Shown here in pieces: positions 36,976-51,829 of a DNA stretch of 64,000 nt (positions are counted from its first letter, which is position 1; each line of letters opens with the position of its first letter). Below the pieces are notes generated by a model, which did not search any database, was not told where the DNA came from, and worked only from the letters and a program-made list of their open reading frames with translations. The position numbers were made by a program, and so were the translations under genes. Source of the stretch: Azolla caroliniana (lineage: Eukaryota; Plantae; Polypodiophyta); contig JBHGNT010000007.1 in NCBI GenBank assembly GCA_043228905.1, positions 20,770,001-20,834,000 on the forward strand, in the 5' to 3' direction.

Positions 36976-37969
36976 GTTTGTCACTGCATTGCAAAATAAA
37001 ACACCACGAGTTGATTAGAAGCAAGGAAAATAGTATAGATGGATGAAGGACTAAAACTAATCGAAAAGCTCTAAAAATTATGACCCATGAATTTGAAATA
37101 AGAGAAATGAGGTAATTGTCAACAAAGCAAACAATGCAATATAGAGAGTTGACGAACAAATGAATTCTTTGTGATACAAAAAATGCTAGATAAAATTTAA
37201 GAAAAATAGAATATGGAATAAACATTCAAAGGGGACAACTAGGGAGAGATTGTAACATCAATTGACCTCAGAACTATTACAAAACTAAGATTTCTTCTTT
37301 AGCTGCCGCCAATCTTGCAAGGCTTATATCTACCTCGTTAGAGCTTTGATTTGAGTGAAGTAAAGTTCTATAGATTTGCCTTGCTGAGAAGAATCGAAAG
37401 ACATTTCAAATAGCTATGGTTGTGCCACATGGTGGCCAACATGACTTGGTTGGCCACCAAAATGTGGCTAGCCGAAGATAGATTAGATTTAGACTAGGCA
37501 TTCAACTTTTTTAATACTTTTTCTTTCACATGATCTAGTTGCATGCAACATTATAGTATTTATGTTAGCAAGAGATCAAAATACATCAAAGAATGAGGTT
37601 AGATAACCTATAATGGAGGTCATGGCAAGTCTAGAATAATTAAAAATAGAAGATACCTTATGTCTATTTACCATCCCCTACAAAACAAAGCATTTTAGAA
37701 AAAATGCTCACCACCAACGTAAACAAGACAAAAAAGATTACTTGCCCAAGCTCACTAAATAAAATCAGCTCTTTATAAAGCTATTTAAGAAATGAGCAAA
37801 TTGTGCATGATATCAAATTAAACTTATGAAGACTTTTATAATGCAAGGGAAATGAATGTCCTTAAGGTTTTGTAAGCCTTGGCTAACCTTTTTTCATGTA
37901 TAAGATAGTTTTATTTTTTATTATTTGAACACAATCATGTCACCAAATTGAGTTGAAAATATATATGTA

Positions 37970-39670
37970 GGATCACGAGGGTTTTATGATGTAGTATTTT
38001 GTTCACCGGAACATCGAAGTGCATTGTTGGCTAAACTTTCTGTGTTTTTCGATAAATGATTCATGCATGTAATGCAATGGTCTCCCGTAGTGAACTATCA
38101 TGCTTTGTTAAAATAAGAATGCCATGTTTGGGTAACAATGGATTGTAAGCATGCTTTTTTATGGCCACTGTTACTAGAGTTGATGAGTCAAATGGGTAAA
38201 GTGTTGGTATCTCCACATGCAAATGCTACAAATAAGTGTAGATTTTGTGTGTTATGGGATACAAGTCGTAAGAGGCCAGGATGGGTGCGTATGAACACAC
38301 CTAGTATGAAAAGACTTTGTTTTAAATTGAAGTGGGAGACATTTGTAGGTCATTGTTTTGGATGTGGTGAATGGGGTCACTTTATGGTAGAATGCCATCA
38401 TCATTGTCCTTCAATTGTAGAGGTTCCTAATGAAGGGAATGGCAAGGAAGGATTTGCGAGAGATGTTGGTGTGTTAGACATTGTGGTTGTTATGGATGAA
38501 GGAACATCATCTAGAGTAGGTTATAAATAGGCCTCACTTCAAGGATTGGGACTTAATAATAAGGGAACTGAATCTATGGATATGGAAAAACAAAGTTGAG
38601 TGGTTATAGACAAGGGGGAAAAAACGTTGGATAGAGCTAGTAGTGATGGTTTTGTTGACAAAGATTGGCATCAAGTTAAGGGCAAGTCGAAGGGGAAATC
38701 AATGAATATGCAACATAATAGTTGGCCCACTACTCATGAGACTACATGGCAAGATAATTCGGGAACTAGGGAGGGTACTCGAAAAGTTCCTTGGCAACGT
38801 CAATTTAGGGATAAGGAATTACCCCTTCACCTTCAATTTGATTCATTGGAATGAGTTGTAAATTCATCGAATTCTCGAGGTTTTCGTCAACCAGAAGGAC
38901 CTAAACAAAAAAATTCGATAAACAAGCCTAAGGATGTGGTGCATGAGAATTCATATGCAGCATTGGAACATGCTTTGACTAGTTTCATGACATCAATTGC
39001 TCTAAAGGAGCAAGTGCACCAAAAACATTGTTGATTCAATGAAAGTGGTAACATGGAATGTGAGAGGGGCATGATCTCCTCATAAGAAGTATATATTATA
39101 GGAAACTTTGTTAAGTAAAGAATGGGATGTATTATGTGCAGTTGAGCATAAGTGTCATGAGTTAGCAAGATCCAAAGTTCATTTGCATGGATATTCATCA
39201 TTCTATGAAGGACATCTTAATAATCATGATTCAAGTGTGGTATTAATCGTGTGGGATAAACATTATCCTCAAGTGATGCCTAATGATCCTTATGGTTGGT
39301 TTTTGGTTCTAGAAATCATGTTTTTTGGTGAGGTTGTATGGGTGGTTGGGATTTATGTCCCTAACCAAGCCACTCAATGTATTACATTATGGGCTCACTC
39401 CTTCAAACCCTATCTGTGGGCCATCCAAGATTACTTATAGGTGATTTTAACATGTGTGTTGATGCATCTCAATCTACGTCTGAACATTCAATCATGGATG
39501 ATCTTGAGCAACTTGCTTGAGATTCATTGGCTATGGAGGTTCTGAAGTTAGATGTTTGGACATGGTTGCATGGGAATGATCCAGGTTTACTTTCCAATCT
39601 GCTTGACATAGACAAACATGGAGTCGGTTAGATAGAATGTATGTGATGCCCGATTATTCTTTTTTACTGA
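37970..39670 (+). pseudogene. Decayed L1-type LINE fragment (ORF1 zinc knuckle, ORF2 endonuclease)
   Basis: CFGCGEWGHFMVEC; VVGIYVPN, GDFNM, SRLDRMY; many stops. Confidence 0.8.
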
Positions 39671-40410
39671 CATCACTTCGTATGCCGACAAACCTCAATT
39701 GAATGCAGATATTGTGGCAAAGTCAGCCACCGCAAAGAAGAGTGCCAAAAGAAGATGCGTGAGTCGGCTTCCACTAGTTGACAACTCACCAATTACGCCA
39801 CTGACTCCAAGTACGACAACTACGGTGGATTATTCGTAATGAGACATCGAGCGAATTCCATATCGGCCTCTACTTCTACTAGTGCCTTCGGTCTGGAAGA
39901 CGTATGGTTCGTCAATTCCGGTGCCTCGAACCATATGATGTCTCATCAAGAAGGGTCTGAGAACTTCGAGAGCCATACTGACCCAGCTATGTCGAAACCG
40001 GAGACGCCACTACGCACCCGATTTGGCACATCGGCAATGTTCCGTTTGGAAAAGAAGGTAAACAAACTTACATTAAAAATGTCTTGCATGTACGAACTAT
40101 CACGAAGAATTTGGTCTCCGTCGGCCAAATTGTAGAGCAACGAATGCAAGTTTGATTCAACCAAGGCGGTTGCTTCATCGAAAAAGAGGGCCAACTCGTC
40201 GCGTGCGAACGACGAATGTTCATTCTCGACTCAAACGAGATGAAATCGGCCATGTTCGCAAAAGGCACGAAAGCCGAGTCCGACATAGAGTTATGGCACA
40301 GGCGGATTGGCCATATCAACCTTCAAAAACTCAAGGTGATGCAATTGAAAGGAGTCATCATCAGAGTTCTGACCTTCAAAGAGTGAGAGAGATTGAAGGC
40401 GTATGTCTTA
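39670..40410 (+). pseudogene. Copia gag-protease-pre-integrase fragment
   Basis: CRYCGKVSHRKEEC, WFVNSGASNHM, ITKNLVSVG, LWHRRIGH; frameshifted. Confidence 0.85.
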
Positions 40411-43400
40411 TGAAACATACATGTCATGCACATTTTGCAATTTGGCATTATACATAGACCCTTAATGTACATATGACTTTGAATGAATCTTTTCATTATA
40501 GATATTGAAGAATTACTTATATATAAAGTTCATGAAGACACTACTTTAATATTGCTTCAAAAGCCTATCATCTAAAGCGCGTGATAGAGCCAGAAATATT
40601 AGGGGTCAACAAATGCCTAACACCCCATATGGCCTCAATTATAATTCAACTATTGGGGGCGGACAAATAGTTAAAGGGGTTTCCAACAATAATTCAAATA
40701 TGTACCGACAAAATGCAATGTTTATCAATATAGCCTCAATGTAAAAACCTTTTGGGCATACGGTTCAGTAGAATAGAAAACAATTGTCTTTGTCTATCGA
40801 ACATATGCATAAATCAGTTATAATTTATAACCAATAAAAGGTATGGAAAAGTAAAGTGGATAAAATGCTAATTCTCATTGCTTGCTCAGCATCGATCGAT
40901 AAGTGAATTGTCCGTTAGATAGATATGCCCCAGGACTGTACGCAATGAAATTAAGAGATAATTAAATTGCAAACTCAGAAAAATGGAGATGTGTCACCAA
41001 TATTAGTGTCTAAGTAAGAAATATGCCGGTATTTGGCATCTAATTAAGGAATTGTGTGAGTATTTAGCATCCAGTTAAAGGAATTGTGGGGTGTATTTCG
41101 CATCTAATTAAGGAAATATGCAGATATTAAACTTGTAAGTAGGGAATTGGGTAGCTGTTTGAGCAAATATAGGGCTCATCAAACCATCTGTTTAAGAAAA
41201 TAGATAGCTAATTAGCATCCAGTCACTGAAATATATATATATATATATATATGGCTTTAGCATCGGATGGACCAAATATACAACTGATTAAGGAAGCGTA
41301 GAGTGTTAATCGAGGAAACATGTAGTTAATTAGAGCAGAAATAAGGAATTGCAGATTTAATCAGCGTCAAATCTAAGAGAACATACAGTCAGTTAGCATC
41401 AGAGTAAAGGAACGTGAATAAATGATGGAGACCCTACGAATGCGAATATGTCAAAAAAGACTATACCAATATGTCACACAAATATAGCTCACATATCAAC
41501 AAACTTTATATCACATTCTCTTGTTCTTTGGATGTGATCGAAACGTGTGAATATGAATTTGGGACTTCTATTGGGACATCTCTATGTCTTTATTCCAACT
41601 TTCAAGAGGTTCTTTTTGGTGTGGAAGTGTCCAAAATGATGCCTTTCCGTGTTAAATTTTGAGTCTGTATCCATATTGAAAAAAAGAACATCTCGTGACC
41701 AAGACTTTTGGTCAAGACATGGACATTGTTTGAACAGGTCTACTTATTTTGGACTTATTCGAATTGTCCTATATATATTTATTTGTTTGTTTCATAACAA
41801 GTGATACTTACAAGATGCTTCCGGCATTAAAAGAATTCCTTTGTTAATACACATATATGTGTCTTCATGGAGCAGAGCATGAGCACGAAATTTCCCTTAA
41901 AACTTGCTATTCATCAAGTATGTTTCTTTCATTTCTCTTCCTCTTAATTGTTGAACAATTAGCTAATATCTACACGATCAAACATAACTACAATACATAC
42001 ATACATCCCTACATTTGTAGTGGCATCAATAAATATAGGCATGAATGAATACTTGTATAATCAACTACTATCATAGAGGTTTGTGATTGAATTGATTAAT
42101 TGCATTATTTTAGGTTTTGTTATTTTTCCAGAATCTTAGCAAACGATTATTTTCAATTTAGGATTACAAACAACTATCTGAGCTTCCCAAGTGTATCACG
42201 TTTCGAGCTCTAATGTCTTTCCTAGACCACAATACCAACCATTTTGTCTCTCCGCACATGCATCTTGTGAGCTCGCAATCGACACTACTATGATCTTAGG
42301 GTTTCGATTGAAACTCGTAACTTCGATCATATTTTCTCTTTATGCCCAGCATCTTTGTGTCCCTCTAGATCCTCTGTGCGATGGATGTTGCGATGCTCTC
42401 AATCTGCAAACCTAATACGGTTTTGTAGAAACCCTAATGCAACCCCAACCCTAATTATTTAATTATTAGTGAATTAATTGATTATTGGTGAATTCAATCA
42501 TTTCTTCGTGAATTAAGTCATTTATATTATATTGTGAAATGTACATAAGAAAACATGCACACCACAATATATATATTTATTTTGAAAAACAAATGGTTTT
42601 ATAATATTTTTTGGTCCATTTCTTAGTAAATATCGTGAATGGCGAATAACACGAATATCACACATTGTCAATCTATGCTTATGAGCATAGAATGAACCCA
42701 TACGTATCATACGTGCGTTCACATTCGAGAATGATTCAATCAAATGTGTGTGGCAAATCATCTCAATGTTCGATTGGATATATAAGAATGGTATTGATTG
42801 AATCACATGTCATCAAATTTCAGTACATAGGAATTATTAAAGTACTAAACATTAGGAAGAGAGAGGAAGAGTGATAGAGAGGTAAAAAGAGAGTGGCAGG
42901 AGGTGTTATGAGCTAAAGCTTCAGCTTCTATGGCAATATTCCCCTTCCTTCTCTTCATCCTCCTCCTCCTCCGATTCTTCCTGTTCTGATCACTGCCATC
43001 ATCGTGATGACTCTTATTCTGATTCTGATTCTGATTCTGAGGATCACCATGGTCCACGACTACGATCCATCTTATTCTGAGGATCACGATGACTATGATT
43101 CAGTTGATTCTCATCAACATGGTGGATCAAGCGTCTGCTCTTCTTGCTCATCATCATGGTTACTCCTCCGTTACCTCTCTTCTGATTCTGATTCATCCCT
43201 GCCTGCTTCTTTCTTTGCCTTCTCCATGAATTATATACTGAAGAGGCTGAGATGTACCAAAAGCCATGGAGCACTGCATCCATGGCCATTTCTGATAGGA
43301 AGAAGTAGCAGAAGAAGAAGATTCATGAGGAGGAAGAGAGAGAGAGAGAGAGAGAGTGTGTCTTAACATTAAAGTAAAAAATAAAAAGGAACACTCATTT

Positions 43401-44128
43401 TACCCTTTGTAAATATGTTCGTTTCCAAATGTTTTCAAACGTTTGAATGCTTCCACGAACATATTTACTACGTTCTCTACTTAGAAGTATGTATGTCTAA
43501 GTTTATTGATATTCTATCTCATACAAATGTTTGCGTACATTGATTGAAAAGGTTCAAATATACTTTTGTATTCATTATTTAGTATAAGGTAGAAAAAAAA
43601 TTTAAGGTAAGAAAGTTTAGGTAAAAAGTGTAAAAAAAAAACATAAGAATGTTTTAATAACATAACGCATTCGTATGAAAACAAACTATTTGCCAATGCA
43701 TTCGAGTATATTACACATTTAATAAAAAATTTAAATCGTAAACTTCAGGTAAATTAAGATCCACACACAGAAACCCACAAAATTTTACTAAGCATAAAAT
43801 CCATTGACTAAACTATTAAATTGATTAAAAGATTGAAACATTAAGGAAAGAAAAAACTATTAAGTAAAAACTCATAAACATTATTTGTAGAACCAAACCA
43901 AACTATTTATTTATAATCGAAAACAAACTACATCATTTAACAATAACTCAAAATCAAAACAAACCATCTAATTATTTTGTTCAACCATAAGTGAATAATC
44001 TGGTCGAGTTAGAGCCAAATGTAGGGTCAATGGTTAGGCATAATACTCTATTTGTAACAAAGCCTTTCACGTTCAGTTAAGTTTCCCACACAACTATACA
44101 TTGTGAGAATATGTCATTTTGTTGTGAG

Positions 44129-44138
44129 TGTAGGAATT

Positions 44139-44186
<48 letters not shown>

Positions 44187-47100
44187 GAAACTTCTTTCTA
44201 TTGATTAGTTTTTGTCTCCGTACAACCAACCGACCACTAAGAGAGAATGTGGTGGTTATAAATGCACCCTATTTGTGGGGTGCACCTTTTCGTATTTCTT
44301 TCACCTTTTCACCTTTAATATAGTTGTTTATTTATTTGTTCCTACTAATTTATTACAACAACCTCCCATAAACTAATTAGTTGTGAATCGTTGTAATCCT
44401 AAATTTTCACAACAAGCTTGAAATTTGTCAAGAGGGAGAGCCTTTGTTAGGAAATCAACCCACATATGATTTGTCGATGTGAACTCTAAGGTAAGCTTGT
44501 TTGCTTCAGCCAACTCTCATATAAAGTGGTATTTTAAATCCACATGCTTTGTTTTCTCTAAGTGCTTTGGATTCTTCGTCAAGTAGATACATGATATATT
44601 GTCGCAAAAGATTTTCAATTGAAGTGGTTCACATAGTTGGAGTTCCTTTCACACTGTTTGCAACCATAGTCCTTCTTTAGTGGCCAATGTCACTACTACA
44701 AATTCAGCTTCAATAGATGAGAGTGTCATAGATTCTTGTTTTTTCAATTGCCACGTCACTGTTTCTCTTGCTATTATAAAAGAAAAACCAGCAGTAGATC
44801 TTCGAGAATCAACGCCCCCCCCCCCTCCCCAATCCGAATCTGACCAAGCAACAAGTGATTTGATTGGTCTTTTGGATTGGGATCGTTTATATGTTAATCC
44901 ATAGTTAAATGTGTATTTTAGACATCACATAACTCTTTGAAGTGTTTTCCAGTGCATAAGGCTGGGGTTGTGCATAAAGCACGAAAGATAATTAATTGCG
45001 AAGCAAAGGTTAGGACAAGTTCCTATAACTAAATATCGAAGGTTTCCTATTAATTGTTTAAAAGGAAATTGCTTCATAAAATCAATATCTCTTTTTGTAG
45101 TTGGGCCATCTGATACACTTAAATTACATGTTAATGACAAGGGAGTAGTACAAGGTTCAATGTTTAGCATCCTGAATGATTTCAAATTTTCATTAATGAA
45201 TTTATTTTGATGAATGGTCAAAGTGCCCATACTACGATTACGAGTAACTTGCATGCCTAGGAAATAAGATAAGGAACCTAAATCTGTTATAGAAAATGCT
45301 CTTGAAAGTTCTACATTTGCTTGAGTAATTTTAGATAGTGTTCTAACTATAGGAATGCCATCCGCATATATTGCCACCACTAACAACCAATTAGATGTAT
45401 GATTATGTCTAATGTATATATTTGGTTCCGATAACAATCTAGAGTAGCCATGTGAGAGCATGAAATTGTTAAATTTTTGAAACCATAATCTAGGAGATTG
45501 TTTGAGTCCATAAAGTGATTGATGTAGTCGAGAAACATAGTTTGGTTGAGAATGTGACTCCAACCTAGGAGGTTGTGACATGTAGATTTCTTCTGGTAAA
45601 TCACCATGGAGAAACGCCATTTGTACATCCAAACGATGTACCTCAATGTCAAGAATGGTGGCTAGAGCCATTAGGAGTCGAAACGATGCCATGTAAGAAT
45701 GGGTGAAAATGTCTAAGAATAGTCAAGTCCTTCGACTTTAGAGAAACCATGAGCCACAAGTCGAGCTTTGTAGCTTGTAATGGTACCACCAAGGTTTAGT
45801 TTCCTCTTCAACACCCGTTTGCATGAGATAGGTGAATGTCCTATTGGGAGTGATACTAGAGTCCATGTTTTGTTGGCATCAAGAGATTCAAGTTCTTTTT
45901 CCATGGTGGCTTGCCATTCAGCACGATCTAGACTTTGCAATGCCTTATTGATAGTTAAGGATCATTAGAAACGTCTGATGTGATTGAGGGGGAACCAAAT
46001 GCCGAGAATGCAAACTCAGTTTCAAATTTATGATTTGCAACAAGGGCATCTATTTTGTTGGTGTGAGCATAGAGGTCTTGAATAGTACGACCTTTGCTTG
46101 GAGTAGATATAGGACTAAGTGAATTAGGTGATTTTGCAATGTCAAAACTATTTGTATGTTCTACATACTATGTATTAGTGGTACATGAAGTATTTCTACA
46201 TCCTATTTTAATTACTTTTGCATCCTTGTGACCAATGGCTTTCTCCTTGCCATTAAGGCGGGCGGATCTTCGTAATGGAATAATGGGATTTTTGCTAGGA
46301 TGGGAATATGAATAATCAATGTGAGTTAGTTGTGTTCCATCTAAAGGTTTTTCCTTATGAATATTTAGGTGATTATTAAGGCTCTTTCTAGTTTGGGTAC
46401 GAACAGTGTTTAAATTTGGGGCATGTGCATCAATTTGTTGTGATTTTTTGGTTACCAAAGGCGATAAGTTAGAGTCATTGGTAGAAGGTGAAACTTGTGG
46501 GCGGGCCTCTAAAGATGAGAGCATTAATGGAGGAGGGTTAATTGGTATATGGTCAATTGTGACTTCTTCGATTTCCGAGGATGTTGGCGGAGCCCGCCAA
46601 GAATTAGTAGGCGATACTATTACTTCTTTGTTGGATTCGGTGTTGGACATGGTAGTAGCATCTTGTATCTTTTCTTATCCATGGTGTGGGTGAGGATTAG
46701 ATATTAGTTTATCTTCATAAAATATCGCTTGACTAAATATAAAGTTTTTTTATTTTGGGTCATATAATTGATAACCCTTATAGCCATGAGATTCACCATA
46801 CCCAACAAATATTGTGCGAACTGCATGATTATCTAATTTTGATCGAATGTCTAAGGGTACTAGTGCATATAATGGACATCCAAAGATTCTTAGATTTTCA
46901 TAATTTGGATTTTTTCCAAATCACAAAGAAAATCAAGTTGTCCTAATTGATCTACTATATGTTCTATTGAATATATAACATGCGGTTAAAACAACCTCTT
47001 CCCAATATGTTCAGGGAAGGTTTGCAACGAGTGGCATTCATATACAACCGGTTTCGTCGTTCAACCCTTGAATTGTGTTGAGGTGTATAAGGGATGGTAA

Positions 47101-48603
47101 ATCGTTGTTCAATCCCATGGCTTTGGCAATAAGTTTGGAAGTTTTGGGACTTGAATTCTCCACCATTATCTGATTGGAGTACTTTAAGGGTAAATATTGT
47201 TGATTTGTTACAAGTTTATGATAGGATTTGAATTTCTCAAGGACTTGATCATTACATGTTGTCTTTAGAAAAGTGACCATTTTGAAACAAGTAAAGTCAT
47301 CGATAAATGTTAGGAGATATAGATTTCCAAATAGGGATGGGGTAGACAAACGACCACATATATACGTGTGTACTAGTTGGAGGGGTTTAGTGGTTGTTGT
47401 AGGATGTGATGGAAATGGCAAGTTAGAGAGTTTCCAAGGATATACCCTTTGCAAACAGATAGTTTTGATTTACGCGGAGGAGTAAAACCAAGTTCTATGT
47501 GTTGTCGGGCCATGTGAACCATTGTTTGATGGTTTAGGTGACCTAATCGATAGTGCCATAGTAAGGTCGCATAGTTTGATTTGTTTGAATCATCTATGTG
47601 GTGTGCTTCTTCAGCAAGTACCACCCAGTGGCCTAAAAGGTAAAGACATCATTGTCTTGGACAACTAGAGGGTGTCTTGTGACGAATGATACAATATTTG
47701 TAGTAGAACTCGAGCGATGTATTATCATTTGTGACTTTATTGGTAGATATGAAGTTTTTTGTTATGTTAGGTGTATAATAAACTTCATTGACTTCAATGA
47801 AGTTCCCATTAGAAAGTTCAAGATGGGCAGTGCCATGTCCAAGGGCATATTCAATCCCATTGTTCCCAAATCTCACTGTGAAAGGATGTTCTAAGGGCTT
47901 ATAGTCTTTGAGCCATTCAACTCTTGAGGTGAGGTGACATGTGGCACCTATATCAAGAATCCACATTCAAGTGGAAGAGTGGTTAAATGAAGTGAGGACC
48001 ATGAAGGCAATGAAGGAATATTCATTGTCCTCATCGGAATTTTGGTCACTATGACATATGTTATTATTTTGATTGTAGTCATCATGTGATGCATTGTAAG
48101 ATTGATCTTCTTTATATGTTCTTTTCCCTTTGTTGTTGGAATTCCTATAACAATCTTTCGTTTCATGTTCACTCCTTTGACAATGTTTACAAAAGGATCT
48201 CAGGAACCTAGATTTATTATGATCTCGTGAATCATTAAATTTGGAGGTTCGTGAATAAGATTTAGAGTTAGTAGGTTGGTATGTTGATCTAGGTTTATTG
48301 TAAGATTTTGTATTGTATTTTGGATGTTTGATATAAACTGCGGTGTGAGATGAAGAGGGTTGATTTATTGCCCTACGAATTTTCTTGTGAGATTGATGCC
48401 ACTAATGTTGGAACACTAATGTTGGCTAATGTGGATTTTGTGCTTATAAATGGTTGCCATGATGGGGGTAGGGCGGCTAACAAGAGGGCGGATTGTTTCT
48501 TTAATTCACACATTCGTTATTGTCACGATGAAAAAATTCTTGGTGGGGTTGGACTCCTTCACCGCTTCGATACCATGTAGGAATTAAGAAATGGAAAGAG
48601 GCG

Positions 48604-48639
<36 letters not shown>

Positions 48640-48805
48640 GAAACTTCTTTCTATTGATTAGTTTTTGTCTCTCTACAAGCAACCCACTACCAAGAAAGAA
48701 TGTGGTGGTTATAGGTGCACCCTATTTGTGGGGTGCACCTTTTCGTATTCCTTTCACATTTTCACCTTTTATTTATTTATTCCTACTAATTAGTTTATTA
48801 CAACA
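44129..48805 (-). mobile_element. Old Copia element with both LTRs, decayed pol, little recognisable gag
   Basis: LTRs 48576-48805 and 44129-44360 containing (GA)n; TSD GTGAG (44124-44128, 48806-48810); PBS-like TGGTATCGAAGC below 48575. Motifs WILDIGATCH, LWHYRLGH, YKARLVAHGF, LYGLKQSPR. Confidence 0.93.
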
Positions 48806-49377
48806 GTGAGGAAGCTAATTGTGCACATTAGTTCTAGACAAGCACAAGAATCAATAAATCAAAATATGCAACATACCAATGCGAGAAATGGCATGAGCAA
48901 AAAAGAAAATGCTCCTACATCGAGAGATAGGTAGATAGATAGATAGATTATATTTCACGTGATGTGTGAAAGTGAGTAGTGACTCTCGATGTTTAAAAAC
49001 TTTATCAATGAATGTTGCAATCGAGAGTGCACATTATGGTTGTGGGAGAAATTCCTAGAAAGATTGGGCTCAATCGAAGAGATGTAAAAAGCATGGTCAA
49101 ATATTATCAAAGGCAGAGCATTGTATCAACGTGTGATACTCAGACTCTCAAACTTGTTTAGGGTAAAGTGTTCATAGCTAGCCACTCTCATCACTTGTGC
49201 CCTAACGTCCCGTCTCACATCACAATGCATGTGAGCTAAGCCGCATGGAAGCAATGGTTTGAATGGAAGATAACGGGATGGGCTCTAACATGTATCAATG
49301 TGTATGGTTTCCTCGTTCCGCGAAGAAAGAGAGAGAGAGAGAAAGATTCTCTATGGAAGGAGCTCGGACGAATTGTA

Positions 49378-50750
49378 TTACACAGCCAACATGAACGAAT
49401 CGAGACTCCCTAGTTCTAATGAATTGTCTCGATCTCGGGCTCCTAATTCCTCATCGATCGGACGCGTCCTCACCACACATTCGGGCAGCGGGACGCAGTT
49501 GACCAACATCGCAAGGCAGCCAACCCCTACAGAAATCGCCAAATGCCGCAAATCTGAAGGCTCCTCCACAATGGAAGTAAAAAAATTCATGAAGAATTTA
49601 AGCATCATTAAATTAATTCCGATGGAGACACCCACTATCCCTGCAAAGAAGCAATACATGCTTTGATTGACCAATCGGAGCACTGACTTGTCAATCAAAC
49701 TGAAGATTTGGAAAAATATAAAGGCGCTGAAGATGGGTCGTTTGAATAGGAAATGCATGACAGCCAAGGCTATGGCTTGAATACCCGCTCGCAGGAATAT
49801 AGACAGGCACATTTGACAGGAAATTGCTCGATTGGCCTCTTCTAGTTCCGCAGTCGTGTGCCTTCCAATATAAATGGCTATGGCCGAGGCGGGCAGCAAG
49901 GTAAAGTCTATCCATAGCAGTAGGCCGGGAGTAAATGGCAAGGAATTGGAGCCACTAATGGCAACCATGAGATTCATACTGCGAGTAACCAGATATATGT
50001 TTAGCTGAAAAAGAGCAACATTTCTTAGTTTCATGTTAGCTTCTGATAATCGGTTCGGCAGCACTTCTTCTTGATGTTGTTCTGCTGTAGAAGCCATGGT
50101 CTCAGAGGCAGCAGCTCTCAAACTTCGAATGGCGATCACATTCAGAGCGGGAATGTACATGAAACCTGCAGGAGGCATGATGGGAAGGTTCTTGAAATCC
50201 TTCACAGTAGAGTGGATGATGATGAGTGGGATATACATGAAGAGCTCGCAGTAAAAGGCAGGGATCTGAACAATTTTCTGGGCACGCTTCACCATCTCCA
50301 TGACAACAATATTGGGAACAGGGTTAAGATAATCGCAGTAGCTAATCATGGAAATGGCGGTGATGAATAGCATTACAGCACAAATAGTGTAAGCACCGTC
50401 TCGCAACTCCTCATCATCCTTCATTTCATGGCCTAATTTGACCTTGTACGCCCCGAGAACCATTATGATCATCGCATTCATGAGAGAACCCTTGTTTTCA
50501 TTGAACACGAACGAGAAGAAACATTTCCTTTGGGATTCCACATGTTCGGGCTCTTCCGGCCTTGTGCCCAAATCCTCGTCCGCGACACCTTCAATGCCAT
50601 TACCAAACTCTTCATCTTTAACATGTCGATCATATCTCGTTGATGGTCGTCTACTTGGAGATATGGTGGGGTTGTCATTTGGCGTAGTGTGGGAGAAGGT
50701 GACATCGTCTCCATCAGAGCGTCTGATATGCACGTCCACCGACTCCTTAC
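49378..50750 (-). CDS. Multi-pass membrane protein resembling the transmembrane part of P2B Ca2+-ATPases, without catalytic domains; probably the last exon of a spliced gene
   Basis: 453 open codons. Segments CFFSFVF, DGAYTICAVML, PAGF, RNVALFQL, PFTPGLLLWID, FIFFQIF follow the order of ACA helices. No DKTGT, TGES or GDGTND. Acceptor TTTTGCAG precedes 50750. Confidence 0.65.
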
Positions 50751-51575
50751 CTGCAAAATAAAGAGGAGAATTCTTGGAACTTTCTCAATTTGCTAGCTAA
50801 ATGTGTCTATTCTAGCTATCTGCTGCAACATCTTCTTATAGGATGGTATATGCCAGCATCTTCTTCATGATCCTCCAACAATAACCATCCATTGTATGAC
50901 AATGCAACCATGCAAATTTTGTCCCCATTACTGTGTGAGAAATGGCTCTAAGCAATTGGCATCATCAGAGGGTGTCTATAACCATTTCTCACACACTAAT
51001 CATGACCATATCTGCATCGTACCATTATTGCACAATGGATGGTTATTATTGGGTCATCACCATGTCCTCGGTTTTTTCTTTTAAAATAATGACACAATAG
51101 GTGTAGAATTGTGGGCTTTAAGTACTCGGCATAATAGTTTAGGCCATATTTGTAATTAGGAGTGATATTTTTTCTTGCTTGGTTTAGGCCATATCTTTAA
51201 TTAGTAATGATGTTTTTTTTTAGATGGGCACAAACGAAGAGAACAAAGGGATAAGTAATAAAGACAAAGAAAAATCTAAGTGTACGTGAGACACCATGAC
51301 AGGAATAGAGGAAGGTATATGAAACTCCTCCTCATGACATAAATCTATGGAAAGTCTGTTTTCTATGTTTAAGGTGTTTTTCGATTAATTTTACTCCTTC
51401 GTCCATCTATACTATTTTCCTTGCTTCTAATCAGAGTGGTGGTGTTTCAATATTTTGAAATGCGGTGACCCCCTATACTCTCTCATCACCACCCCTCATT
51501 CAATCATGAATACCATACCATGTCTAAGTATTCATGATAACCCTCCTCTAGCATTAATGATGAACTTATATGGCA

Positions 51576-51829
51576 CTATGCCTCCACACATTCTCCCCAC
51601 ATTAATTTTAACAATTGTACACCTAATTCTTCCGTTGGCAAGTTCATCCTCCTCATCGTTGTGGTAGTGTAGACATTGCCCAGCTCTTGTTGATTCTCCT
51701 CGTCATCCTCGTCATCGTTCATCTCTGTTCGCTCACTTGGAGATATGGTGGGGTTGTCATTTTGAGTACAGGGGATGGTAACATCATCGCCATCAGAAAC
51801 TCCAATCTGCACGTTCACTATCTCCTTAC
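51576..51829 (-). pseudogene. Duplicated N-terminal exon of the membrane-protein gene family
   Basis: AG|GKEIVNVQIGVSDGDDVTIPCTQNDNPTISPS versus AG|GKESVDVHIRRSDGDDVTFSHTTPNDNPTISPS. Confidence 0.75.

Noticed and set aside
42845-43366. Small host gene
   Set aside because: Low-complexity GATTCT/GA-rich sequence opens frames on both strands; no recognisable domain.
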